Positions 13,340 to 26,350 of a stretch of 64,000 nt of DNA are shown here, one piece after another. Positions within the stretch are counted from its first letter, which is position 1; each line of letters starts with the position of its first letter. The position numbers and the translations under genes were made by a program. The notes below the pieces were generated by a model that was given only the letters and a program-made list of their open reading frames with translations, did not search any database and had not been told where the DNA came from. Source of the DNA: Eledone cirrhosa (taxonomy: Eukaryota); the NCBI GenBank assembly GCA_964016885.1, contig OZ024741.1, forward strand, positions 143,964,001 to 144,028,000. The letters run 5' to 3'.

Positions 13340-14104
13340 TATGTATGTATATATATATATCATTATCATACTTTTACATTCGTTTTTTTCTATGGGTTGG
13401 CCTGTAATATTATGATTTAAGAAGTGGGGAGAAAGAAATGATCAAAAATATAAACAATTTCCAATTGATCTATATTTTTACTGTATAAGTTAATTACTTG
13501 AATCATTATATAAATAAATAATGCTAAAATTCACCTGTGCAAATGCTATAAGCATTTGCTCTTCATTCATAAATTCTTATAATTCTCTGAAAATAATTTC
13601 AGTGTTCCGAAGGAGCTGGACAAATAAAGACTACAAAATGTAAATTATGTTAATAAATAATGGTATATCTATAATGTCATATCTCTCGGTATTCAAAATC
13701 TATAAATGGTTATGATTTGATTACCAATTCCATTTCTCTATTATTATAAAAATAAATTAGTTTCATTTCTTCCTCTCTGTCTTTACCTACTGAAGAATAT
13801 TTCTTATTCAAACTTGCATTATCTTTGACATGCTTTAACAAATTGTATTTTTGTAGCTGGAGATAGATTTAATATTTTAACCTCACCATAATTAATTTAA
13901 TTTATTTACAAGGGTCCATAAAAGCAGAGCATAACTTTAATTTTTGTAGCATATGGCAGCGGAAAGATCTGGTATTTAAATCCTTCCCCTATATTTTCAT
14001 CACGAATCTTTTAGACATAGCTGCATCTTAATAATAATAATAATGATCAGGTGCACTACAACTCGTCAAAGGTGCATGTATAGTACATAGAATAATATAC
14101 AAAT

Positions 14105-14470
14105 GTCATCATCATCACCGTTTTACGTCCGTTCTTCCACGCTAGCATGGGTTAGACGGGTTGTCCTGTTGTGGGCAGTGTCTGGTCGGCTGACCATGCC
14201 TTGCTCATACAGGAACTGATTTGGCTTGATTTCTACAGCTGGATGCCCTTCCTAACACCAACCTCATTTGCAGTGAGTGCTGGGTGCTTTTTCGTGGCGC
14301 CTACACGTCCACTTTACAGTGTGGGCTGGGTGCTTTTTTGCCGTGGCACCTCCACGACCACCTTGCAGTGGGGGGTGTGGGGGCATATTGTCTATATGCT
14401 TCAGCTTGTACCCATGGGAGGTCGGGTACTCTGTATTACTGCGTGACGCCGGAAGTCACGGTCAGGGAAG
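14105..14470 (-). mobile_element. 5'-truncated RTE family B (3' UTR)
   Basis: (CAT)n tail, CTGGATGCCCTTCCTAAC motif and tandem units; nearly the same as 59210-59580. Confidence 0.75.
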
Positions 14471-15005
14471 TGAATAGTGTGAGTCATGATATACATGTGT
14501 GCATGTGTATGGAGGAGGAATATTAGGTGTAGTGTTGGCGAATCTCAGGAAGCATGGAGGTCTCAACAGCTCTTAAGGTGTATTTTCTCATCCATCAATG
14601 ATCATTACTCATAGACAGTTTTCCTCCTTGCTGGAAGATGTTTTTTGTCAGACGTTCATAGTTTCTTCATATAATGTTTTTATCATTCTCAACAAGGTCT
14701 TTTGTTTGTAGCTATATTAATTTAACTGAGTGAACATGTAGATCCCCAAAATGCTTTTGTGACCATATTTTTAATGAACCAAAGTCTATTTCAATTAATT
14801 AATCAAGAGTTTTGAGGGATTTACTAAAATTATTTCATTATTGATATAGTAACTTAATATATAAATTTTGTATCAAGTTAAATTTAAATAGGGATCTTTT
14901 AATCCCTTTGTTACCATATTTATAATAAAACATTTATGATGAAGGATTGAAAGGAATGTACTAAAATTATTTATCATTTCATTAACAAAAAGTTCTTGTA
15001 TCAAA

Positions 15006-15196
15006 TAATTGTTTCTACTTTTGGCACAAGGCCAGCAATTACCCAGTACATTACTGGTACTTTATTTTATCGACCCCGTAAGGATGAAAGGCAAAGTTAA
15101 CCTCAGCGGGATTTGAACTCAGAATGATAAGGGCCGTAACTCTATGCGTCAAAGCATGGCGTCCGACCCTCTACCGATACTGCCAATCCACCGCCC
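15006..15196 (-). mobile_element. SINE family 1, inserted in a piggyBac-like MITE
   Basis: Full-length copy; TSD CTTGTATCAAATAAT. Confidence 0.9.
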
Positions 15197-16121
15197 TTGT
15201 ATCAAATAATGTTGGAAGGTATTAATTTAAACAGGAACCCTTTAAAATGGGTGATTTTGATTCGTAGACCCAGAGGCAGTTTTAGCATCAAAAGGGTTAA
15301 ATTGACCTCAGATGGAATAAAGGCAAACTTGACATCAGCATGATTTAAATTAAGAATGTAAAATAATTTCTACAGATTGTTTTTAATCTACTGATTCTAC
15401 TAGCCTACTACTTTGTGGTAGAAAAGAGTTGATCTCCAAACGAAGGAAATTCAGAACTCAGTTTCAATAACAATTACCATATTTCTAATGAAAATCACTG
15501 CCTATTATTTTCAAATGATTTTGAAAATAATCAAGAATTTGGTGGGATTTATTGATGCAACTTAGCTTCTCATTATTATGTCTGTAACATAACTTGTCAA
15601 ATGTTCTTATATAAAATTATGCTGGAAGGTTTTCAGATAAATCGAAACAATTTAAAATAAAGTTTGATATTGTAGAACCAAGAGTAACTTTGTATTAAAA
15701 GCTTTAAAGGTTACAAGATGTGACTTCTGCTTGATGGAGTTCTGATATTGATTATGTGATTGTAAGCATTCTACAGTTGAGTTTCGTTATAGATTAGTTT
15801 TTAGGTTAAATGAAAAAAATAATCTTGATATATACTAATTCTTATTTGTTGATTTTTTTTTTTTAATTTGATTTATTTTCATGTCAAGGATCTTGAGACT
15901 AATGAATAAATTATTATTGTTATTGATGTTGTTATATTTCTTTTTAAAGTAGTGAAGTAGCAGTATTGGTAGAACACCAAAGTAATTACCTTTTAAGATT
16001 TCATTCAGTCTACTTGTTCTTGGTGAAAATCTCTAGCGGTACTAGTTGTGTGATATATATTACTTTTCACACACATACACTCGACTCGGTTCCAGCATAT
16101 TCATAATCTCTCCTGACTTAC

Positions 16122-16196
16122 CTTTCAGGCTGATGTTGATGGATGTTGAAAGTGGGTGGATAGGTTAGTATGTATGTCCCTGAACACAGCTAATTT
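16122..16196 (-). other. Putative 75-nt non-coding exon of the minus-strand transcript
   Basis: Near-consensus acceptor TTGTTTCTCTCTCTTTTAG and donor AAG|GTAAGT; stop codons in all three frames. Confidence 0.6.
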
Positions 16197-16480
16197 CTAA
16201 AAGAGAGAGAAACAATCTCAGTACTGATTGCAAAAGGATGAAAGGTAAAGCTAACCTCAGCAGGATATAAACTCAGTGCAGAGTTGGAATGAATACCAGT
16301 GGAATATTGTGGGAAGCTGGACAGTTCTTTGGTCATCACATCATTACGAAAATATCTCATCATGAAGAGTAAGGCACCAGAGGTATATATAGAGATAGAT
16401 AACATACATATGAGTGGGGTGCTGACCAGTTTTTTGCTTAACTAATTTCCTGTCACTGCAGCTGGAAAGAATGTTTTTAT

Positions 16481-16514
<34 letters not shown>

Positions 16515-17575
16515 CATACATACAGGTACAAATGAATGAAAAGAACAATCAACACAAATGTGGAATTTGAAAATATTTTTATTAAGATTTTGACATATTT
16601 CACACTGATAATACATATATAAGGGCTTTCCTCTTCTCTGTCAGGCTGAGAACTTTCAGCATCTCTGATAAATACACATATGAAATTAGCATTGCTACTT
16701 CACTGAAGACTGGGTCTTTTCATTCACTTGTGTTATATTCCTGTCAATATTTGTTTCTCCACCCTATCCACAGGCCTTCCTTTAAATATAGTTAGGCTTC
16801 ATAAGCTTAAAAAAAACGTAGATTAAGAGAAAATTTAAACAAACATTGCAAGTTACTGCAACTGAATGGTGATGATGATGAAGCTAGTTACTTCTATTAC
16901 TCAGCTAATGTGATCACCACTCCCTGCAAAATAGGCTATGGTCACTACTTCTTTCCCAGGCAAGGATCTTGGATCACCAGTTTCAACAATAAACATTGTG
17001 TTCTAGTTGTTCAATCAATGCTACAAACAATATCATCATCATTTAATGTCCACTTTACCAGCTGGCAAGAGTTGAACAGTTAAAGCTCTTGGACATCAGT
17101 TTCAATGATATGTATTCCAGCTCTTTAATCACTAGAACAAACATCTTGCTGGTGAAATTAATATGTACATTCCACAGGCACATGTACCCTTAGCATAAGT
17201 CTCATGGGGATTCAGTGTGTGACAAGGTAGGTCCTTTGAATTACAAACAGTTTCCATCTACTCAATTTTATGCATAAGTAAATGACAGTTGGCCAAGATG
17301 CCACACAATAGGATGGAACCTGAAACCTTATGACTGCAAAGTTTACTTCTTAACCATTCAGTTATGCTGTGCTTGTTGCTCAGACTAACAAATGATAAAT
17401 GATATGCTGTATAAGCTGAGAAATATTACAAAAAATATCAGTGTCAAAATGAGATATTCAAGGTCAATATTTTGCTGGTTTTCACCAACTTCAACATCCA
17501 CATAAAAAAGGCACCAAAATATCTGCAGAAGTTGCAAAGAAACAAATTAAAGTGGGGAGCAGTACACTAATTATG

Positions 17576-17628
<53 letters not shown>

Positions 17629-18139
17629 TTGTTGAACTAATTGATTAGTAACCAAAATTGAATAATACTATAATTCTCTCTCTCGCTTATATATATATAT
17701 ATATATTGTCCATTGAAACACTGTTACGATAAATATAAAAACTTAGAAACATTATGAATACAGTAAAATATTGATACATAAATTTATAATCGTGCATAGA
17801 CAGTGTCATATACTTATGACCATATAAATGTAAATAGTATATATATATATATATATATATATGAATATTGTATACATATGCTTCATTCGATTTGTATGTT
17901 AAATAAAAACCTGTAACATTTGGAAGATGGCTTTCAAATTGTCTGCTAAAAGGAAGTAAATACAAATTTGAGAAACTTGTTGAAAATTTATGAAATGGAC
18001 GGAATAGGAAAAAAACATGCAAAGGAGTTGTGAAACAACAATTATACTTTAAATGATACTTAAAACATTTTAGAAATCAAAATATCAAAACTTCATAAAA
18101 TTTACAAAACCGTGCCATCTAAACATAATGTGTTGATTA

Positions 18140-18255
18140 GCCACCTTGGTTTATACACAGGGTTTGGATTTTTGCCTATTTCTTAAACATAAAATGGTGG
18201 TGATGAGGGAGTTTGGCTTATATTCAGATCAGTTTATACACGAGTATATATGGTA
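18140..18255. mobile_element. Degenerate Tc2/pogo-like DNA transposon end
   Basis: GGCTTATATTCAGATCAGTTTATACACGAGTATATATGGTA resembles the ...TATACxCGAGTATATACGG-TA termini of Tc2/pogo-like elements. Confidence 0.35.
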
Positions 18256-19566
18256 AATTCACAGTTGACAAACATCTAATTAAAGACCATATATACGAGG
18301 AATCTTCTTGGTTTCTTCCAGATAATATGAAGTTGTGTAAAGGTGAGATGATTGAATGGATAAGATTTTGGACTATCTACTCATAGGATGAAATGCTATT
18401 TCAATACCAAACATGTTATATAAAAACTGGATTGTTACCCAGAATTTAAACATTATCTCAAAACTAAGGTGTTCGAGTAGAGAGAATACGTTGATGTTCA
18501 GCAGTGGTATGGATACACTGGTTCTCATCTGACTCTCCCTGGCTCAAGAACATTTTTCAACCACACCCAGGTAACTGCTTCTACTGGCAGGCTAAACTTG
18601 ATGAGAGGCTGGATCCTTGGAGAGATGATGGACACTGCCATGCATTTCTAAGGCTCACTGAAATGCCATGATAGACAAACAGTCTAGAATAGAACCCTAA
18701 TGACTGGCTGCACCAGTTGCAGGAAGTTGATTGATTGACTCATAGGTGATCATCCAAATCTGTGACATTCATTTCATTGTATTCCTGGACTTGAACATCC
18801 TTCTACCTATTAGGGAAAAGGTAAAAGATTATTTATGAAATGTTACCTGTGATAAGCTGGTTTCCTCTCCAACAAAAGATTCATCTTATTGGCATCACAT
18901 CATAGAACTAGAACTAAATGATAATGACGACAGGCCCCCATTTTCATTTAGTATCTACATTGCTTAAGGCAGTAAGCTGTGACTATCAAATAGGAGAACT
19001 AAGCTTGATCAAAGGGATGTTGTCTTATAAGGACCATTTAAAAAAAGAGTGGCATAAAAATAAACTTTATGCTCCAACAATGGGGCCTCTACACATAACT
19101 ATAAGCAGTAGCTAAATCTGCATCAATTCACACTCTACTATCTTAAAAAGAAAAAACACACTGGTTAATATAGTCTTAGATACACAGTCTGAAAAAAACG
19201 ACAGATTGTCTTGACTGGGTGACCTTTGATTAAAGGGGCTAAAATGGGACTTAATAGAGCTTAAAAATCAAAGATTATCTTGTATGATTTTATATTAAGC
19301 ATGGATCAACAATAAAACACCTGTGAATTATTTAATGTTCCTATTGCTTATGGCAGTAAGCTGAATCTTTCATGATTTTTAGCTAATTACAGGTATGAGG
19401 ACTAAACATGGATGATTTGTTTTATAAGAACTATGTTCATAGGTGACAAAAAAGAAATTAAAATCAAAAAGCTAAAACAACAGTATAAGAGAATTTCTCA
19501 CATAATACACATTTATTTCTGAGATTTTTCCATATTTACCAGGTCCAGGAATGACTACAGAGTCTG

Positions 19567-21642
19567 TTATTTATAAATAAAATCTTCCTGGAAATTATTT
19601 GCTGTAACAAAGCAGTCTATCACTTTATTGTTAAATTCCTTTATTTTCCTCACCATGTTATATTCCAGTGACACCATACCCAAAGCAGTCAGTTTATCAA
19701 TTGCTATAGAGTTCCGTAAAAAGGATTTGATTTTCTGTAAAGTCTTAAAACATCTTTCTGTTTCCTCAGTTATCATTGGAGTGGTAATTAGTATTTTTAT
19801 AAGTTTGACAGTTTCAGAGAATGTTGCTTGTAGGTTATTATCATTAAAAAAACTTAATAAATCTACTAGCTTCTCAGTTTGGTATATATCATTTCTGGCA
19901 TAAAGGATGGAAAGCTCAGTTCCAAGTTTTTCTCTATCAAGCATAGGATATGCATCAACAGCTTGAGTTAGCTCATAGTTAGGAAATTTTGAGAGAAAGG
20001 AAGAAAAGTTATCCCGCACAAGCAGCTTGCTTGCTTCCAAATGATTAATAAAACTTAATCTTTCACTACATTTCAGTAAAATTATATCACACACTTCCTC
20101 TATGAGAGCTACCTTATCTGGACAATATTTTCTCCGGCTATTTTCTGTACAGTTATCTTTACCATCCTCATATTCACTGCGAATGGTTTTTATGATGTGG
20201 TAGAAAGAACTTAAAGAGATGGTAGCTTTTCTAACATCAATGCTTTTGTATGCAAACTGGGAAAATAATTCATCAATATGAGGCATCACTTTAGAGAAAA
20301 AATTGAGCCAGAACTCAAAATCAGTATCATTCAATATCCTCTTTATGGCCGAGGCTTCAGTTCCTATTTCAGTTAAAGTCGTTTGTTCTAATAGATCACA
20401 ACATATTTTTAAAGTATCTTTCATGGCATGAACAGCATTAATTGTGAATATGATATTGGTATCTTTTAAACTTATAGAAGATGGCATTGCCATTTGTCCT
20501 AAAATCTTCTCCAGTACTTCTGATCGTGAAAAAAAAGTTGAAATGCTTGATATATCACTGAAAAATACTTTCATGCTGCTATTTTGCCATGTTGCTTTCT
20601 GAATAATTCCACTGTGTTTGTGTGCATAGCAATGAATAAAGTGAGCATTTTTATACTGTTCTTTCATTAGTGTATGAACATTTGTTTTATCTCCACTTAA
20701 ACTCACTGCACCATCATATGTTTGAGCAATAAGCATACTAGGGCAATCGGGTATCAAGCCATACAGTTCCCTTTGCAGCATTTCTGTCAAAGCACCAACT
20801 GTTCTATCAACAGGATTGAAAAATCCCCAAAACCTTTCTACAGGTTTCCCATTTATCATATATCTTAGAACCACTGCCACTTGCATTTTATCACAAACAT
20901 CAACTATATCATCACACATAACAGCCAAAAATTCTGTACGTCTTATCTCTTCCTTGATTTGAATTTGACAAACATTGAGCATAGCTTCTAAAAGTTTATT
21001 CAAAATGGCTTGTGATACACCTTCTAAAACAGTAATTGAACTGATGTCTAATCTAAAACTAGAATCCAAATCACTCATGTACTCAATTAGACCTTCAAAT
21101 ACATTCAAACTTTTGTCCAAATCTGTGTGGTCTAGTCCTCGAATTAGTAAATTATATTCTCCACAGAATTTCAAACAATTTATGATTTTGTGGAGGACAT
21201 TTCTATTTCTTTTCACCCATTCATTGTGCTTTGTAACTGCAAGTTTGTTATCCTGGTGTTGAGGGCCAGAGCAGGGTGGGAGACCCAAAAGTGTGAGATT
21301 TATGACGTTATTCATGTGCTTGCTGGATTGTTCATGTTTTTTTATCTTCTGCAGAAGTTGTCTTAAATCACTGACTCCAGTTTCTGTCCAAAGAACATCC
21401 CCACCAAATAATAAACATGGGTAACAATATAATGCATTTGATTCTTCACAGCCACAGAGCCAAATACACTTATCGTAAATGTTACAGTTGAATTGCCTCA
21501 CGTATTCAATACTTCTGCTGGTACCACATGGTTGCATATTTAAACTTGGCATCGGCCTGCCGAAAGACTTAATTTCAATCTGTTCATTAAGTTTCAATTT
21601 ACTGAAATATATAGTTTGTAGATGCTTCACTTTGTTTGACAT
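19567..21642 (-). CDS. Intact hAT-transposase-derived ZMYM1-like protein (691 aa), probably domesticated
   Basis: Uninterrupted ORF from MSNKVKHL. TTF-type zinc finger (WLCG..LYCYPCLLF..KHEQSSKH), DUF4371-like segment (LAVMCDD..LRY..ERF), QTYDGA, HCYAH and hAT dimerisation motif (TPM....ERCF..L..IK). No TIRs seen. Confidence 0.85.
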   Translation of the reverse strand: MSNKVKHLQTIYFSKLKLNEQIEIKSFGRPMPSLNMQPCGTSRSIEYVRQFNCNIYDKCIWLCGCEESNALYCYPCLLFGGDVLWTETGVSDLRQLLQKIKKHEQSSKHMNNVINLTLLGLPPCSGPQHQDNKLAVTKHNEWVKRNRNVLHKIINCLKFCGEYNLLIRGLDHTDLDKSLNVFEGLIEYMSDLDSSFRLDISSITVLEGVSQAILNKLLEAMLNVCQIQIKEEIRRTEFLAVMCDDIVDVCDKMQVAVVLRYMINGKPVERFWGFFNPVDRTVGALTEMLQRELYGLIPDCPSMLIAQTYDGAVSLSGDKTNVHTLMKEQYKNAHFIHCYAHKHSGIIQKATWQNSSMKVFFSDISSISTFFSRSEVLEKILGQMAMPSSISLKDTNIIFTINAVHAMKDTLKICCDLLEQTTLTEIGTEASAIKRILNDTDFEFWLNFFSKVMPHIDELFSQFAYKSIDVRKATISLSSFYHIIKTIRSEYEDGKDNCTENSRRKYCPDKVALIEEVCDIILLKCSERLSFINHLEASKLLVRDNFSSFLSKFPNYELTQAVDAYPMLDREKLGTELSILYARNDIYQTEKLVDLLSFFNDNNLQATFSETVKLIKILITTPMITEETERCFKTLQKIKSFLRNSIAIDKLTALGMVSLEYNMVRKIKEFNNKVIDCFVTANNFQEDFIYK

Positions 21643-23164
21643 TGCAGTTGAGAAGGAATAAAGCAACTAGTAGTAGAAAACTGAACAGAATTGTGCAACT
21701 GGTGGAAGGGATTGTAAGCGGAGAAATTAGCATTGGATGAATCGGCAACTTGTGGATTTGATAGGAGAGAGAGAATACAAGAATACAGCGAAACAAAAAA
21801 AGTATAGTATATAGCAAATTAACACACACACATATATATATATATATATGAGAGAGAGAAAGAGAGAGTTATGAACAATAACGTTGGAGGTATCAGAAGA
21901 AATTGGATAGACGCTAGCAGTGGAGAAGCAATAGGGAAAACATCTGCGGACGAACTGCGTGGGACCTTGGGAATTTGACAATAGGGAATCTAAAAGGAGA
22001 TATGAGAAAGGAGAAAAGCTGAAAGTTGGTTGATACGGAGAAAGAGTATAGTAAAATAAGGCACATACATATATATTCAGAGAGAGAAAGTGTGAGGGTG
22101 TGTGTGTGTATGAAAAAAGCGATGACATTCCAGTAATGCACTGGGTAATTGCTGGCCTTGTGCCTAAAGTAGAAACAATTATTTCGGATATATAAACGGA
22201 GAAAAAACAACAATGTATTATCAACGAAACAGCAGAGAGAGAGAGAGAGAAAGAGATACTAGCAGTGAAAGAGCCGGCAACTTGAAAAAGAATGTAGGGA
22301 AAGTGAAAGAAGTGACAAGGGGGAGAAACTACTATTTGAAACGGACCATAAGCAATACAGTTTATATATATATATATATACAAAGTCAAGAATAGTAAGA
22401 TAATTCTATATCACAACAACTACAATAATTTTTAAGTGAATTAGAAGCAGAAAACGGACATATCAATAACATCGATAATAATAGCAACAACATGATATTA
22501 AAGCATGGTAGTAAATATGTAAGAAATCGTTCGTGGAGTATGTGTTACTAATTCCTTTCAGATGTTGCAACAATAACATGTGTTGGGCTGCATTAAATAA
22601 AGAAAACCCAAAATAAACCCTCATCATCCCAATCAGTGCTTGTTTAGTTTTATAATTTCATTGGTTCATTTAAAAGAGCTAATATTTTTCTTGTTTCGCA
22701 TTTTTAACCTTATTCTCTCGACAACGTCCGCTTTTTCTCTATCTCTGTCTTTCTCTCTCTGCCCTTCTCTCATTGTTTGTTTGCAATCTCTCTCTTTCTC
22801 TCTATCACTCTCTATCTATATATCCATCGTTAATTATCTGTTAATACATTTTCACATTACATAACTCTTTATCTATATAATACGCAAGATGGACCATAAT
22901 TACCTTATTGATTACAAAGAAACTTAGTGCAGCATTTCGGATATTTAATATAATTATGTAAACTTACATGAATTGCAGTGTATAACTTTCGGAATAAAGT
23001 TTAACTTCATTATGGATTCTTTTATATTTCCATTTCTTAACAGTAAGTAAATTATGGCCTAACCTGCATGTATATATACATGTGTCCCTAAAATGTATAC
23101 ATACTTCAGCATTCTAATAAATATGTGTATATATTTTGGGGGGACACCCTGTACATGTACTACA

Positions 23165-23195
<31 letters not shown>

Positions 23196-24015
23196 CACAC
23201 GCGCGCATGCATGTTATTGGCACATATCCATGTGTATACAGGCGTGCCCCATACAATGGTTAGATGTATGAGTCAGCATCTAATGCACTTCGTTCATAAC
23301 TTACACAGGCATACATTACATGCAACACTGTGTCGAATTCATATTAAGAATTAAACACACGCACACATACATTGTTATAAATTGGTGTTTAGCCCCAGAC
23401 CAACCCTTATCGAGCAGGCTTCTTTTAAAAAAAATTCGGCTATGAACATCCCTCTATATTATCCAACCTGTTTTTCAAGACTGTAAAGTGTGACTTAAGG
23501 GAAATTTTGCTGCTATTTCTAGCATGTCGAACGACAATGTAGAGGCTCCATCATTGATTCATAAGAGATGATTCAGTAAGGTGGTGATATTCTGTATGAC
23601 GCACGCGGAAAATGTTTAATGAATTGAAATTTATTTCTTAGTTGGAGAAAAATATTTAAAAAAAAAAAAATGTTATCATTCGTTAGCAATTATTACAGGG
23701 AAAGGGTGATCATTTCAAGAAATTAAAAATCAATTCTCAGAAAATTTAATTTCTATGTTTAGGGACAAATTTGATCTTTGTTGGCTGGCAAGCTGATAGC
23801 TACAGAAACACTTATTAACCCTCACCAACAAAGCATAGTTCTTCATATCTGTCCATACATAATACACGCGTTTTTAAAGAATTGTCTTTACATATACATG
23901 AAACTTGAAGTATAATTTGTTTGCGAAGGTAAACATTTCATTATGAAAAAATTTCATCACGGCCAAGTAAAAAGAGGCGGGAAGAGGAGCTACATGCTGC
24001 TTGTCAGATTTGATA

Positions 24016-24044
<29 letters not shown>

Positions 24045-24046
<2 letters not shown>

Positions 24047-24252
24047 TTCATTTTACGTCCACTTTTCCCTGCTTGCAGGGGTGGGACGGGAACTGATTCT
24101 GGCATGATTTCTACAGCTGGATGCCCTTCCTAACGCCAACCTCATTTACAGTGAGTGCTGGGTGCTTTTTTGCCGTGGCACCTACACGTCCACTTTACAG
24201 TGGAATGATAGGGACCCCAGTCCCTATCATCTCAGTTCTACAGCTGAGTAAA

Positions 24253-24255
<3 letters not shown>
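24045..24255 (-). mobile_element. Truncated composite SINE (CORE-like + GGAAGGGCATCC domain + RTE tail)
   Basis: Matches 48400-48610 in reverse; broken by a (TA)n tract. Confidence 0.7.
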
Positions 24256-24301
<46 letters not shown>

Positions 24302-24303
<2 letters not shown>

Positions 24304-25617
24304 CATGGGAACTCCTATATGCAGATGATCTAACGCTCATACCTGAATCAATGGCTGAACTAGAGAAGAAATTCCAAACATGGAAGCATGGCCTAGAATC
24401 AAAAGGCCTTAAAGTTAACTTGTCTAAGACTAAAGTTCTAGTTTGTAAGAAGGAAAATAGGGCACCGGTCCCATCTGGGAAATGGCCATGCTCAGTGTGT
24501 AGGAAAGGAGTAGGTAGAAACTCCATTTTATGTCTCAAATGCAAAGTATGGGTACATAAAAGATGTAGTGGGATCACAGGTAAACTAACTAAGAATATAG
24601 ATTTTATATGTGGCCGGTGCTCTGGTGCAATAAGTAGCAGCAAGTGCCCACAGAATACTAACTCATTCCATTGCACAGATGGTTCTATAGAAATAGTGGA
24701 AAGCTTCCGTTACCTGGGTGACAAAATCAGCAGTGGGGGAGGGTGCTCTGAAAGTACAGTAGCTAGAGTCAGAACGGGATGGAAAAAGTTCAGAGAGCTT
24801 ATACCACTAATGGCCGCTAAAGAGTTCTCTCTAAAAATGAAAGGCAGGCTGTATGATGCCTGCATATGAACAGCAATGTTACATGGCAGTGAGACCTGGG
24901 CATTGTGTGCAGAGGATATACGCAGACTGGAGAGAAACGAAGCTTGCATGCTGCGCTGGATGTGTAATAGTAATATACGCGAACGGCAAAGCATAAACGA
25001 ACTAAGGGAGAAATTAGAAATAAGAGGGATCAGATGTTGTTTACTCGAGAGAAGACTACGTTGGTATGGTCACATAAAAAAGTGCAGGGCGATCAAAATA
25101 GACGGTAGCTACGGAGTAGGCAGACCCAGAAAAACCCGGGATGACTTGATAAATTCCGACCTCACACACTTACACCTCTCCAAGACAATGTCACTGGACT
25201 GAGATCTTTGGCGCTACGCAGTAATACAGAAGACCCGCCTTGCCTAAGTACAAAGCGAAACCTACAGTCAGTAGGCACCTCTTAACCAAAATACACCGCC
25301 GTCCCACTACTCCTACCCCCACCGCCCCTTTCGATGTAAAGCTATGTTGGTACCACACCATCCAGTCCTAAATAAATGAGGTCGTGTAGGTGTCACGACA
25401 AAAAAACACACAGTCCACGCTGTAATGTGGCCGTGTAGGTAACATGGTAAAAACCTCCCAGTCCACACTGTAAACGTGGTTGGTGTTAGGAAGGGCATCC
25501 AGCCGTAGAAAACCCGCCAGACAGTCCCGAGCAAGACAACCAATCTTGCCTCAAGTGGGATAATTCCCGTCCAGACCCATGCTAGCGTGGAAGATGGAAG
25601 TTAAAAGATGATGATCA
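24302..25617 (+). mobile_element. 5'-truncated RTE LINE (family B) in a (TA)n tract
   Basis: Starts at WELLYADD; PHD finger, FRYLG, GRPRKT, long 3' UTR and (GAT)n tail; one in-frame stop and a small deletion. Confidence 0.92.
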
Positions 25618-25863
25618 TATATATATATATATGTAGGAGGTGAGTAATATTGTAGAACAATAAAACTATGCATATATCATATATCATATATATGTAGCTG
25701 GACACTTTCTTGTTCACAAATGTTTTTAGGCCTCATATCATGTTACCTTATTTTATCTGAGAACACAATTTTTGTCCCAGGATGATGTTGTTTTCGAAAT
25801 GTGCATAATAAAATATATGGAACTTTTTTAACAATCTTTTAATTTCTTCTTTATATATATATG

Positions 25864-25898
<35 letters not shown>

Positions 25899-25949
25899 GT
25901 GTAGATATATGTGTATATGTATGTGTGTATGTGTGTGTGTGTGTGAATG

Positions 25950-26350
25950 TGTAGACACCTGAAAAATAGATTAAGAGAAACTTAACAATAAGGAGAGGCA
26001 CCCAAACTTGAACCTGCTTATAGATTTCTTTCTGCCTGTCACTCTAAATGCAGTTTTAAAGAATTCCTCTTTCTTTAAACCCATCAAGCATAGACCTCCA
26101 CCCATCCTGTAGACACCTGAAATACAGGCATTGTTAGCTTAAGACAAACTTAAAAATAAGGAGTGGCCCTCCAATCTGAACTTGTTTATAGTATTCCTTC
26201 TGCCATCAACCTCCACCCATCCCAACCCCCACCCTCTCCTACCAACAGAAAAGATATAAATACCACCATATTTACTTGGATAGTCAGTTTCCTGATGATT
26301 TCGCATGAATGAAACAGTTCTAGTCCTGTAGAAGCTTTTCTATATTAAAC
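25950..26350 (+). mobile_element. Possible Penelope-like remnant
   Basis: Partial tandem duplication (25952-26035 vs 26109-26205), TATAAATA, and a CTGATGA..GAAAC hammerhead-like core at about 26292-26315. Confidence 0.35.

Noticed and set aside
18260-18910. Further minus-strand exons (splice-like sites near 18807 and 18847)
   Set aside because: No sustained open frame; the region looks like an old LINE remnant (YLGV-like motif), so I cannot support an exon call.
21727-22389. 220-aa minus-strand ORF upstream of the hAT ORF
   Set aside because: Built from microsatellites and a SINE tail; probably leader or promoter sequence.
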